IMG/VR virus record: IMGVR_UViG_3300023083_000001
Coordinates: 186,001 to 250,000 of that record
DNA: 64,000 nucleotides
Direction: 5' to 3' (one strand)
Position numbers and translations under genes: made by a program. Shown in pieces: positions 9,466-18,193 of the stretch (its first letter is position 1; each line of letters begins with the position of its first letter). Below the pieces are notes generated by a model. That model had not been told where the DNA came from. It saw nothing but the letters and a program-made list of their open reading frames with translations, and made no database searches.

Positions 9466-9879
9466 GTGAACAACCCACAGCTATTCATCGTCCCCATCGA
9501 TAGACAGATGGTGGTGAGTCTTGGAACTGTCTGCAATCACCTACATTCTACTCACGACCTGTCGTTCGAATCTCTGGACAGTATCCAACATGCGTTCATC
9601 GTAGCGTTGGCTGAATACTGGATCATGAGTGATTGGACAGGTCTGGAGTTCTTCCTTGAGTGTCTCAAGGAGTTGGAAGACGGGATGCTTAAAAGTCTGT
9701 GCGAAGTAATGATCAGACAGATGGCCGATGGCGATGTCCGGTACTACCCAAGGATGCGCGATGGGATCTACTCTCTGAAAGATGAGACCAAGTACATCAC
9801 TCGTGGTTTTTACATCCAGGAAGGTAAAGTGGATGCTAGATCTCGCGCGCTGGCAGTTACGATTAGTTATGCAAAGTAA
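9466..9879 (+). CDS. Hypothetical protein, array member 6
   Basis: AGGAGG RBS before GTG. Confidence 0.7.
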   Translation: MNNPQLFIVPIDRQMVVSLGTVCNHLHSTHDLSFESLDSIQHAFIVALAEYWIMSDWTGLEFFLECLKELEDGMLKSLCEVMIRQMADGDVRYYPRMRDGIYSLKDETKYITRGFYIQEGKVDARSRALAVTISYAK

Positions 9880-9891
9880 TTCGAGGGCAAC

Positions 9892-10245
9892 ATGATTGAA
9901 CATGAGCGCTATGTATTGTCGATCCAACCCTGCCATGGCGTTACTGATGACGCCATGGCGTCTATGCTGTCAAGCTGGGTAACGGGTACAGTTCACTCGC
10001 AACAATGGCTGACCCAAGATGCTATCCATGCGTTAATTACTAACCATCCGCTCAAAGGTTGTGATATCGAGAAGATGGCAGTGAGCGTACTGGATGCATT
10101 GGACGGTTGCGGTCTTTACAGTCACCTGCTGATGAAAGTCGAGGATTTGGATCTGGTGACCTGTCAAGTCAAAGGTAACCTGGCGTACCTGGAACTGGAG
10201 TGGAAGAAGCGAAATGAATCTGCCTATAGTTACCCAACAGCGTAG
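9892..10245 (+). CDS. Hypothetical protein, array member 7
   Basis: GAGGG RBS, 117 aa. Confidence 0.7.
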   Translation: MIEHERYVLSIQPCHGVTDDAMASMLSSWVTGTVHSQQWLTQDAIHALITNHPLKGCDIEKMAVSVLDALDGCGLYSHLLMKVEDLDLVTCQVKGNLAYLELEWKKRNESAYSYPTA

Positions 10246-10588
10246 AAAGCCGATCATCTTTTCGTTAAGAGATGATAAGCTCAATCGGTTCATCTCAACG
10301 ATTGATCTGGATAACCATCTTCGAATCCTGGCGGGAATGTTAGAGGACTTCGTTCCACTGTTCCCGTTCTCCACCTTCATGCTGGATTGGCCGCCATCCA
10401 AGATGTACCTCAAAGGGGCGGCTAAGGATTCCCCACTCAAAACCCTGTACGATGTTTTACAGGGACACTTATCCGAGAGTGGCTACCCAGTCACTGTACT
10501 CAGCACCATGGTGGTCCTGCATCATGAACCGTTCGACACCACCCTCATCGAAGCCTCGAGTACAGCTCGAGTCTGTTCTCTGCACTAA
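10214..10588 (+). CDS. Hypothetical protein, array member 8
   Basis: 124 aa, overlaps both neighbours. Confidence 0.6.
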   Translation: MNLPIVTQQRRKPIIFSLRDDKLNRFISTIDLDNHLRILAGMLEDFVPLFPFSTFMLDWPPSKMYLKGAAKDSPLKTLYDVLQGHLSESGYPVTVLSTMVVLHHEPFDTTLIEASSTARVCSLH

Positions 10589-10955
10589 CTCCGAATACGT
10601 CGTTATTGAAATCACCCGTGAAGTCAGGCGTTTCATCGACGCGGTTGATGGTTACGTGGAAGACCTCAGCTACAACATCGAAGGGATCATCAAAGCCTAC
10701 AACCATTACCGCCACAGGAAGACCAACATCCGTGACCTAGATGACCTGGTTCCTGAGCTGCTGCATTCAAGCTTCGTCAAGAACGTAGAAGATGCAGAGA
10801 AGATTGCCAGCATAGCGCTTTACACATTCTACCCAGATATTGCAGCTGCGATTGTAGCCCATGGGTATTCCGCTGGACTTATCCATATGGTGAAAGTTCA
10901 CACAACCCGTGATACACGTATGTCAAGTTGCGTATTGCTGCTGAAAGTTATCTAA
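10524..10955 (+). CDS. Hypothetical protein, array member 9 (start uncertain)
   Basis: YVVIEITREV motif. Confidence 0.6.
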   Translation: MNRSTPPSSKPRVQLESVLCTNSEYVVIEITREVRRFIDAVDGYVEDLSYNIEGIIKAYNHYRHRKTNIRDLDDLVPELLHSSFVKNVEDAEKIASIALYTFYPDIAAAIVAHGYSAGLIHMVKVHTTRDTRMSSCVLLLKVI

Positions 10956-10964
10956 CCGGAGAAG

Positions 10965-11303
10965 ATGATGTCAAAACCATGTATCGTGGGTTACTGCCCC
11001 GAACTCTACGATGCTCTCCAGACGGTGGCGCATCAAGTACTCCCTTACGAACCAATTGACGAGTGGCCACCCCACGCTCGCCAATACAATGAAGAAGACC
11101 GGGACAAGCTGATCCGTCAGTTACTCCTAGGTCTTACAGATTCCGAAAAGTGTGACAGGGAACTGGAACACTACATCAACGTCCTCTTCGAGTCGATCAG
11201 CGATGATACCTTGAGGGGGTTGATCGAATTTGGCGCCATCGAGAAACTGATCATCAACGATCGCGGCTATTATTTGGCCGTTGAAGGGGTAAGCTTTTTA
11301 TGA
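10965..11303 (+). CDS. Hypothetical protein, array member 10
   Basis: GGAG RBS; ATGA coupling to next gene. Confidence 0.7.
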   Translation: MMSKPCIVGYCPELYDALQTVAHQVLPYEPIDEWPPHARQYNEEDRDKLIRQLLLGLTDSEKCDRELEHYINVLFESISDDTLRGLIEFGAIEKLIINDRGYYLAVEGVSFL

Positions 11304-11692
11304 AACTCATTTCCACCAACATCGGCAAGACGATGACGTTCCAAACGTTTTCAGGTATCAAGTACAGCAACCAGAAATTGGTCGCTCTGCTTGACGCCAC
11401 GACGGTTGAAGCGTTAGGTCAGGATCCTATCGCAGGTCATATCCAAAACCTGCCGTACATGAAGGATCCAAAGCCGGGTGCCTACACCGATTACCTGTAC
11501 GCCAAGTTCACTGACGCTGACGGTACTCCTCTGTACCTCGGCATCCCGTGGACGGATGAAGATTCCATTGTTCAGAACACTACGCCCAACTACGTCATCA
11601 CGTTGGTCGGTCCTGAACAAGCGCAGGTTGACTCGTTGAAGTCCATGATGATCGCCAATGGCATCGAGAACTTCACGATCAAAGCCGTATGA
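11300..11692 (+). CDS. Conserved phiKZ-like protein (gp49-like by position)
   Basis: Directly upstream of the polymerase subunit; Y..Y.Y...LGIPW motif. Confidence 0.6.
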   Translation: MKLISTNIGKTMTFQTFSGIKYSNQKLVALLDATTVEALGQDPIAGHIQNLPYMKDPKPGAYTDYLYAKFTDADGTPLYLGIPWTDEDSIVQNTTPNYVITLVGPEQAQVDSLKSMMIANGIENFTIKAV

Positions 11693-11758
11693 CATACAGC
11701 TCACATCCCGCCTATTACAGGTCAGGGATGTGGGTCGTTATGCCCTACTGTTTTTTTT
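11691..11758 (+). terminator. Hairpin terminator
   Basis: CACATCCC...GGGATGTG flanked by ACATA/TATGC, then T-run. Confidence 0.65.
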
Positions 11759-11810
11759 GTTAACGATACGCCTACTGGTACATGAGACACATCCCTCGAG
11801 GAATCTGTAA

Positions 11811-13973
11811 ATGGCCGCATTGACTAACCCATTCCTTCTTCCGGTTGAGCAGTATCAACGGGACATCGATATCAAGAAAGGTTATCTCCAACAAGTTGCT
11901 AAGTATCTGTCCTGCGCGCTGAAGAAGCCGTACAAGCAATGTCTGGAGTTTGTACTCAACGAAGTGAAGGACCGCAACAGCGAGTTCCGCTTCCGTGATC
12001 CAAAGATGTTGCAGTTGATCCGCAAAGGGGTTGGTGAGCGAGTTCAGGACGAAACTACCTTTCTGGATTACGTTGACGCTATTATCGACACCGGTCGTAT
12101 TGTTTCCCCCTCGCTTGTGGTCTACGAGCGTCCTGAGGTTGAGAAGTCTGTAACCGCTGAATGGCAAGATGAGAACATCAAAGCTCGTAAGCGTTCAAAG
12201 ACTGCAATGTTTGAATTGAAACAACTCGGCGAATTGATGAAGTCGGCTTTGGCTGACTATGACCAGAACGCCCGTAAGATCCGTATCAACTCCGTGTCGG
12301 GTATGCGCGGCTTTGAAGGTAACCCACTGTTTCTGGCATCGGGTCACTCCAGCCTGACATCGATGTGTCGTGCTGCTGCTGGGTACGGTAACGGTACGGT
12401 TGAGCGTTTCCTGGCAGGCAGTCGTCATTATCACACGCCAGAGATTGCCAAAGCTAACATCATGGCCATGATCACCATCGAAGACAAAGCTCGTTTCCTG
12501 GCTGTGATCTCCCGCTACAACCTGGTGTATCCAACAGTTGAAGATGTGGTTTCGATGATCCGTCGGTCTACCGACCTGTACTGGGAAACTCCAGACGAGA
12601 TGGATCTGATCGAAGAGATGGTCAAAGGCATGGATCAACTGGAACGGGCTATCGTCTGTTATTCAGGCGACATGTTCCACTTGGCTAAACTCAATCCAGA
12701 GATTGTGCGCGAGTTGTTTGGCGAGATGATTGCCATCAACATCGAAGACATGGATGACGTGGACACTGCGGCTATCCTCAAAGGTCTGGACAGTACAGAG
12801 AAAGCGTACATCAACGCCCTGTGTGCTAACGTGCTTAAAGGTACGACCCTCAAACAAGTCCAGGCAAACAATCCAGCGGGCTGGCAGACGATCGGCAAGA
12901 CAGCCCAACGCTTTATATGGGCCTGTCAGAAGTATCATCAGCTAATCAATACACTGTTCGCTCCGATGCACTTGCCGCCCACTGTGGCGTCTTTGAGAAG
13001 CATCCAGCGCCGTGTCTGTCTGGCAGCTGATACTGACTCCTCTATCTTCACTACTGAGTATTGGGTGGAGTGGTACACCGGACATCTGAAACGCGGAGAA
13101 GTCGAAGACCGCATTTGGTATCTGGCGACTTACATGGTTTGTCAGTGCATTGCTCACTCACTCGCCATGTTGTCTGCTAACGTTGGTGTTGAGCGTTCAC
13201 AGATCTTCCGTCTGGCCATGAAGAACGAGTATGCGTTCCCGCAGTTCGCACTCACCAACTTGGCTAAGCACTACTATTCTACCATGTCGATGCGTGAAGG
13301 TAACGTATACGACGAGTTGGAGTTGGAGATCAAAGGTGTGGAGCTACGTGGGTCAACGGTACCTAAGCACATCTTGAAAGCTGCCGAAGACCTGATGCGC
13401 AATACTTTGCACGCTATTGACCGGGGTGAGAAACTCAACGCCGGCAAGGTATTGGCATTGGTAGCAAGTTATGAATTGGACACGGTGAAGTCGATCAAGC
13501 GCGGGGAATACACTTACCTGCGCAGTGCTCAGATCAAACCTGACAGTCCGAAGATGCCGTACCACGAACTGTGGCAGGATGTGTTTGGTCCTAAATACGG
13601 CATGAGTATCAACCCACCGTACCCATGTGTGAAAGTCACTACTGAACTGGGCAACAAAACCCAACTCAAGGAATGGCTGGACAACATGGAAGATAAAGAG
13701 CTGGCTGGCCGTATGGCAGCATGGCTCATCAAGTACAACCGTAAGGACCTGCCAACTGTCTTCTTGCCAACCATGGCGATCAAAGGCAAAGGTCTTCCTC
13801 TGGAGATTCAAGATGCTGCGAATGTTCGTAAACTGGCCTACCAGATCAACTCCGGTTTCTATCGCATCCTCGAATCCATGGGTCTACACATCGTCGACCG
13901 CAACAACTATCGACTGGTGTATGACTTTCTAAGACTCGACGATTCGGTCGATGCACCGGAGGTGGTTGTATGA
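11811..13973 (+). CDS. Split family-B DNA polymerase, C-terminal catalytic subunit (phiKZ gp50-like)
   Basis: Motif B QxxxKIRINSVSG, motif C AADTDS, KHYY and EIKGVE. Confidence 0.9.
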   Translation: MAALTNPFLLPVEQYQRDIDIKKGYLQQVAKYLSCALKKPYKQCLEFVLNEVKDRNSEFRFRDPKMLQLIRKGVGERVQDETTFLDYVDAIIDTGRIVSPSLVVYERPEVEKSVTAEWQDENIKARKRSKTAMFELKQLGELMKSALADYDQNARKIRINSVSGMRGFEGNPLFLASGHSSLTSMCRAAAGYGNGTVERFLAGSRHYHTPEIAKANIMAMITIEDKARFLAVISRYNLVYPTVEDVVSMIRRSTDLYWETPDEMDLIEEMVKGMDQLERAIVCYSGDMFHLAKLNPEIVRELFGEMIAINIEDMDDVDTAAILKGLDSTEKAYINALCANVLKGTTLKQVQANNPAGWQTIGKTAQRFIWACQKYHQLINTLFAPMHLPPTVASLRSIQRRVCLAADTDSSIFTTEYWVEWYTGHLKRGEVEDRIWYLATYMVCQCIAHSLAMLSANVGVERSQIFRLAMKNEYAFPQFALTNLAKHYYSTMSMREGNVYDELELEIKGVELRGSTVPKHILKAAEDLMRNTLHAIDRGEKLNAGKVLALVASYELDTVKSIKRGEYTYLRSAQIKPDSPKMPYHELWQDVFGPKYGMSINPPYPCVKVTTELGNKTQLKEWLDNMEDKELAGRMAAWLIKYNRKDLPTVFLPTMAIKGKGLPLEIQDAANVRKLAYQINSGFYRILESMGLHIVDRNNYRLVYDFLRLDDSVDAPEVVV

Positions 13974-14099
13974 AAATGCCGACTCACCATGATAGAACGT
14001 TCTGGCAGTGGTTGTTGCGTAAACCGGCAGTTCGTATTGAACGCCGACCTTTACCAGCCACTGCCCCACTTGGCCCAGCCCCTGCACCGGAGTGCTCCA

Positions 14100-14642
14100 A
14101 TGTCAGAAGAACAAGTTGTACCTGCATCACAGTTTCGATTAATTGCCACGTTTGCACCGATCGACGGTGTAGTTCAGGCGATCTTCGAAGCTGACGATAA
14201 CGATCAGCGTAAGTTGCTGGACGCTGCGTATCGCTACATGACGTCCATGCCTGATCTGGTGTTGAACAAGATCTACATCACCAACCTTAACAACGATCGT
14301 ACGTTCAACGATCGACATGAAGCATTGCGCCAAACCCTGAGCTTCTGGGGTAAAGACACCCATGCAGGAATCGAATTGGATCCTGTTGACCCTGATCCGC
14401 TAGGAACCGCGCAGCGCATTATGGGGGTTATGAAAGAGGGTATCGTTGTATCAGATCCGCTTGGCGCGTTGGCTGAAGCGATATCTGAGGGAGAACGCAC
14501 TCCACTCGATTATCCGATACTTCTCATGCGGGGTAACAAAATGGGCGCTCAAGAGATTGCCGAGCAGCGCTCAACCCGTCTTCGCGGTGCAGACACAGGA
14601 ATCCCTCAGATCGACGAGGCTGGGTTCTTGCCAAAAGAGTAA
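14100..14642 (+). CDS. Hypothetical protein
   Basis: GGAG RBS before ATG 14100. Confidence 0.65.
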   Translation: MSEEQVVPASQFRLIATFAPIDGVVQAIFEADDNDQRKLLDAAYRYMTSMPDLVLNKIYITNLNNDRTFNDRHEALRQTLSFWGKDTHAGIELDPVDPDPLGTAQRIMGVMKEGIVVSDPLGALAEAISEGERTPLDYPILLMRGNKMGAQEIAEQRSTRLRGADTGIPQIDEAGFLPKE

Positions 14643-14643
14643 A

Positions 14644-14684
14644 CGGCATACAGGGCGGGTTTCCCCGCCCTGGCTTTATGCTGG
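14644..14684. terminator. Bidirectional hairpin between convergent genes
   Basis: GCATA-CAGGGCGGG-TTTC-CCCGCCCTG...TATGC. Confidence 0.7.
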
Positions 14685-15758
14685 AAGTTGACCAATTACC
14701 AGAATATCCAAACGTTCATTCAAGTACACCGCTTCGGCTGTTGTCAAGCCGTTACTCAGTGTCTTGTCTTCCTTAGACTGGATCAGGAAACGCTTGATAG
14801 CCGTGATCTCTTGCAATAGACGATCGTAGCCTGCGCGTTTACCAAACTCCAGTACCACAGACGCCACTTCCATCTTCTGAGCAATCAGCGCCCAGATCAC
14901 TTGGAAGGTCGGAGTCATCGAAGGAAACCCCACCGCTTGCAAGTAATTCTCACCGTAGACCGCTGGGATGCTGGAGAGGATCTGATTAGCCGTCATGGCT
15001 TTACCAGAGATCTTACTCACAGCGTCTGCAACAATCTCATCGGCGTGATGGTTGTTATTGTTTTGCATGAAGGTCAAGTTCGTTCCTACAGGAGATGCGT
15101 ACTTCAGACCCAACGCCACCTGCACCTTATTAAAGATCGCAACGTTCAAGTGACTCTTGAGTGCACCCACCAGAGGAACCGTAGTCAGGTATTCTTCCAT
15201 GAGTTTACCAGGGTTAGCTGACTGCCACATCTTCCACTGAGCTGCCAGCAGAGGGATGTCGATGTGAATGATCGCCAGACCTGGGTTCCTGATCACCATC
15301 TCGTTCTTCACACCCAGCTCAACGATGGTAGTATCACTCAGAGAGTGCTGGATGATTTCGATGGGGGTTACTGACTTCCAGTCACGCCACAGATCCATTG
15401 CAGTCCAGCGAGCACTCCTGGCGTAGACCACGATCTCTGGACACCCTGGATAGAAGTTACTGTCAGTAAAGATTCGACCTTTACTGAAGCTTGAGGTAAT
15501 ATCTAACGAGGAGCAGATATTCTTTGCGTTAACCTCAACCTTGGACATGTAGCTGACAAGGTCGCCGTTGAACTCAACCGTGAGGGAGATCAGCAGCTTC
15601 ATTAATAGGTGAGAACTGTCCAACCGTCCAGTCGATGTGGAACGCTGTTGGATCAGACGCTGGTAGTTCAGATCGACCTGTTCTCTTAGGTAACCCATGC
15701 GGGCATACTGGAACGGCGAACGATCAGTAAAGTTGGAGGGGTTGAATAACTGATACAT
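14676..15758 (-). CDS. Conserved jumbo-phage protein divergent from chmA, probably structural
   Basis: 360 aa; phiKZ gp52/53-like position. Confidence 0.6.
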   Translation of the reverse strand: MYQLFNPSNFTDRSPFQYARMGYLREQVDLNYQRLIQQRSTSTGRLDSSHLLMKLLISLTVEFNGDLVSYMSKVEVNAKNICSSLDITSSFSKGRIFTDSNFYPGCPEIVVYARSARWTAMDLWRDWKSVTPIEIIQHSLSDTTIVELGVKNEMVIRNPGLAIIHIDIPLLAAQWKMWQSANPGKLMEEYLTTVPLVGALKSHLNVAIFNKVQVALGLKYASPVGTNLTFMQNNNNHHADEIVADAVSKISGKAMTANQILSSIPAVYGENYLQAVGFPSMTPTFQVIWALIAQKMEVASVVLEFGKRAGYDRLLQEITAIKRFLIQSKEDKTLSNGLTTAEAVYLNERLDILVIGQLPA

Positions 15759-15916
15759 GTCCGTCCCTATTCGATGGTTATGTATAAAATTACGGAGGTA
15801 CTACTATCTTATGTAATTAAACTTACAGCCTGCCTTCCAGCAGGTTATGCCGTAGTCTATTACCCAATCTGGTTTATTCATGGTATTGGCAGCGTAAAGA
15901 AAGTGGATCTAAAAAA

Positions 15917-15943
15917 TCTACACTAATACATTACCTACTTGAA
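15917..15943 (+). promoter_or_regulatory. Putative early promoter of chmA
   Basis: TCTACACTAATACATTACCTACTTGAA, preceded by an A-tract. Confidence 0.6.
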
Positions 15944-16126
15944 TGAATACACTAGGTTGTTGAAGTTCGCCCGTTTAATACCCGGTGGTACGCCGGGGAG
16001 TCTAGGCCCGAGTGGCTCACGACGGTGGGTTATTCTTTACGGGAATCCCTGATGCGATAGGGGTAACTGTACATCGGACAAATCCGTCCAGCAATCGCGA
16101 ACATATGTTCCATTAAGGAGTGCTTC

Positions 16127-18106
16127 ATGAGCAATAACGACGATTTCCAAACACGTAGCGACAGCCAACCCGAGGGCCGTCAGCCACGCCAGGAATCCCA
16201 AAGCAACGACCGTGCACAAGCCCGCGACGAGCGCCCTCGTCAAAGCCAACGCAATGACGGTGAGCAAGTGACTCTGGCTGACCTCGGTCGTCTGAACGCA
16301 CGTCCTGGTGTCGGTGGTCTGTCTGACGCAGCTCTGGTAGCAATGATCGAAGCTTTCGACGGCGCCAAAGCGTTCGACAAGCCAAACGTTCCTGAAGCAG
16401 TAAGCCGCAAGCGTTTCCGCGTGCTGCCACTGGATCAGAGCACTGGCCGTACGTCACTGTCCAGCCTCCTGGTCGTTCTGCCGACCGAAATCGCTGGCAA
16501 ACTCTTCACCCTGGTTTACGTTCTGCTGATCGAACAGCCGGGCGGCCCAGGTCTGCGTACTCTGTCTGATCGTGGCGAGCAATTCGAAGCCCTGATCCTG
16601 CCAGAAGACGTGATGACCGATCGTTACATCACCGTCATCAAGAGCCAGGTTGCCAACCTGCAAGACAACTCGAACATTCTGATCGTCGGTAGCCAAGTGC
16701 TGTTGTACAGCACCGTAGCCACCATCACCGAGAAAGAAGGTCAAGCTGCAATCGCCGCCGTCTACGACAACGCGCTCGACGCCATCTCCGGCTTCCGCGA
16801 AAACATCGTCGACGCACTGAGCGACAAACGCAACGACGGCATGCGTATCAACCCTGGCATGATTGCCCGGACTGACCGCCTGGAAGTGTCTTTCGATTAC
16901 AGCGGCAAAACCATCTCCGACTCTTCGGGTCTGCCGGTGCGTTCTGACGTGACTTCTGCCCTGTACTACTCGGCAGCAGCCCCTGAAGAAGAAAACCTGT
17001 ACTCCCGTACTCTGCTCGGCGAAGTCCGCGCTGGCCTGGACCTGTTCCTGACCGACGACGGCGTCGATCGTACCATCCCAAGCTTCGGTTCGCGCCGTCG
17101 CCGCGCTGGTGGTCGTGATGAAGTGGATCAGCCATTCTGGCAGCCAGTGTTCAACATCACTTCGATCAACTGCCCTGCTGGCATTCCGTTCTCGCTGGAA
17201 CTGGCTCAGCTGTTGCTGGCCCAGGTAGCACTGCAATCCAACGACTATCGTTGGGCGAACGTGCTGCGTCCTCGTTCCACCATCGCCGGTGGTCTGAAGC
17301 CAGTCGCACAACTGTCGCACCTGCACCTGCTGAACCCGGACAAGGAAAAGGCCGCCGTCATCAACGACGTCAGCCAGAACATGTCCGATCCCGATCTGTA
17401 CGACTTCCTCGACGTCACTGTCAAACCGGAAATCGTATTCGGCATGGCGATCCCTTCCAGCGGCGAGAAATCTTGGGTGCTCAGCATCTACGAGCGTATC
17501 GCACTGGCAGATCCGCGTGACGCCGAGAAACTGATCGACACCTTGTTCGCATCGGCCGACGTTCTGACCGGTGGTCGTTTCACGAAACTGTACGACGAAC
17601 TCTCCAACGGCACCAACCCGTCGCCGGTTGCGGCATACGGCACTCGCGCCTTCACCGGCACCTGGACCGATACCGACGGCAACGTGCGTCCTCTGAGCGA
17701 ATGGAACGTTCCGGCGGTCCTGACTTCGGTTGGCGTGAAGAACCCAGAGCTGGCTCAAGACTACCAGTACACCTTCGAAGACCGTCGTCACTCGGTCGAC
17801 TACAGCTTGGCACAACGCAACGGCATCCTGTCGCGCATTGTTCCAGGTCTGCACATCGTCGGTACCTGTGAGCAACTGAGCTTCCACCCTTGGTACATCC
17901 AAGCGTTGTCTCTGGCCCTGGCTGATGCGAACATGGCATCGCTGCCAACCAGCGGTGATGGCCTGCAACAGTCGCGTCGTGTGGGTAGCACCGACTTCTC
18001 GGCGTTCGCTACTGCGGATATCGGCTCTTCGCGCCGTCGTCCAAACGACACTGCTGATCGTGGCCGTGGTCGCGATCGCTTCAATGGCGGTGGCAACTAC
18101 TACTGA
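16127..18106 (+). CDS. chmA: Chimallin, major phage nuclear shell protein
   Basis: 659 aa, TAAGGAG RBS, strong codon bias, disordered tails, GLPVRSD motif, directly upstream of the nvRNAP beta' gene as in phiKZ gp54-gp55. Confidence 0.88.
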   Translation: MSNNDDFQTRSDSQPEGRQPRQESQSNDRAQARDERPRQSQRNDGEQVTLADLGRLNARPGVGGLSDAALVAMIEAFDGAKAFDKPNVPEAVSRKRFRVLPLDQSTGRTSLSSLLVVLPTEIAGKLFTLVYVLLIEQPGGPGLRTLSDRGEQFEALILPEDVMTDRYITVIKSQVANLQDNSNILIVGSQVLLYSTVATITEKEGQAAIAAVYDNALDAISGFRENIVDALSDKRNDGMRINPGMIARTDRLEVSFDYSGKTISDSSGLPVRSDVTSALYYSAAAPEEENLYSRTLLGEVRAGLDLFLTDDGVDRTIPSFGSRRRRAGGRDEVDQPFWQPVFNITSINCPAGIPFSLELAQLLLAQVALQSNDYRWANVLRPRSTIAGGLKPVAQLSHLHLLNPDKEKAAVINDVSQNMSDPDLYDFLDVTVKPEIVFGMAIPSSGEKSWVLSIYERIALADPRDAEKLIDTLFASADVLTGGRFTKLYDELSNGTNPSPVAAYGTRAFTGTWTDTDGNVRPLSEWNVPAVLTSVGVKNPELAQDYQYTFEDRRHSVDYSLAQRNGILSRIVPGLHIVGTCEQLSFHPWYIQALSLALADANMASLPTSGDGLQQSRRVGSTDFSAFATADIGSSRRRPNDTADRGRGRDRFNGGGNYY

Positions 18107-18134
18107 GTCTGGTAGTAGTCGTTAGGGTATAGAT

Positions 18135-18172
18135 CAGGAGAGGGGTAATTCCCTCTCCTGCTTCTTTTTTTT
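18135..18172 (+). terminator. Intrinsic terminator after chmA
   Basis: CAGGAGAGGG...CCCTCTCCTG plus T-run. Confidence 0.85.
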
Positions 18173-18193
18173 CTTATCCCTAGGAGATCGTGT

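Noticed and set aside
16454-17968. 504-aa antisense ORF inside chmA
   Set aside because: Shadow of strong codon bias in a highly expressed gene; no recognisable motifs
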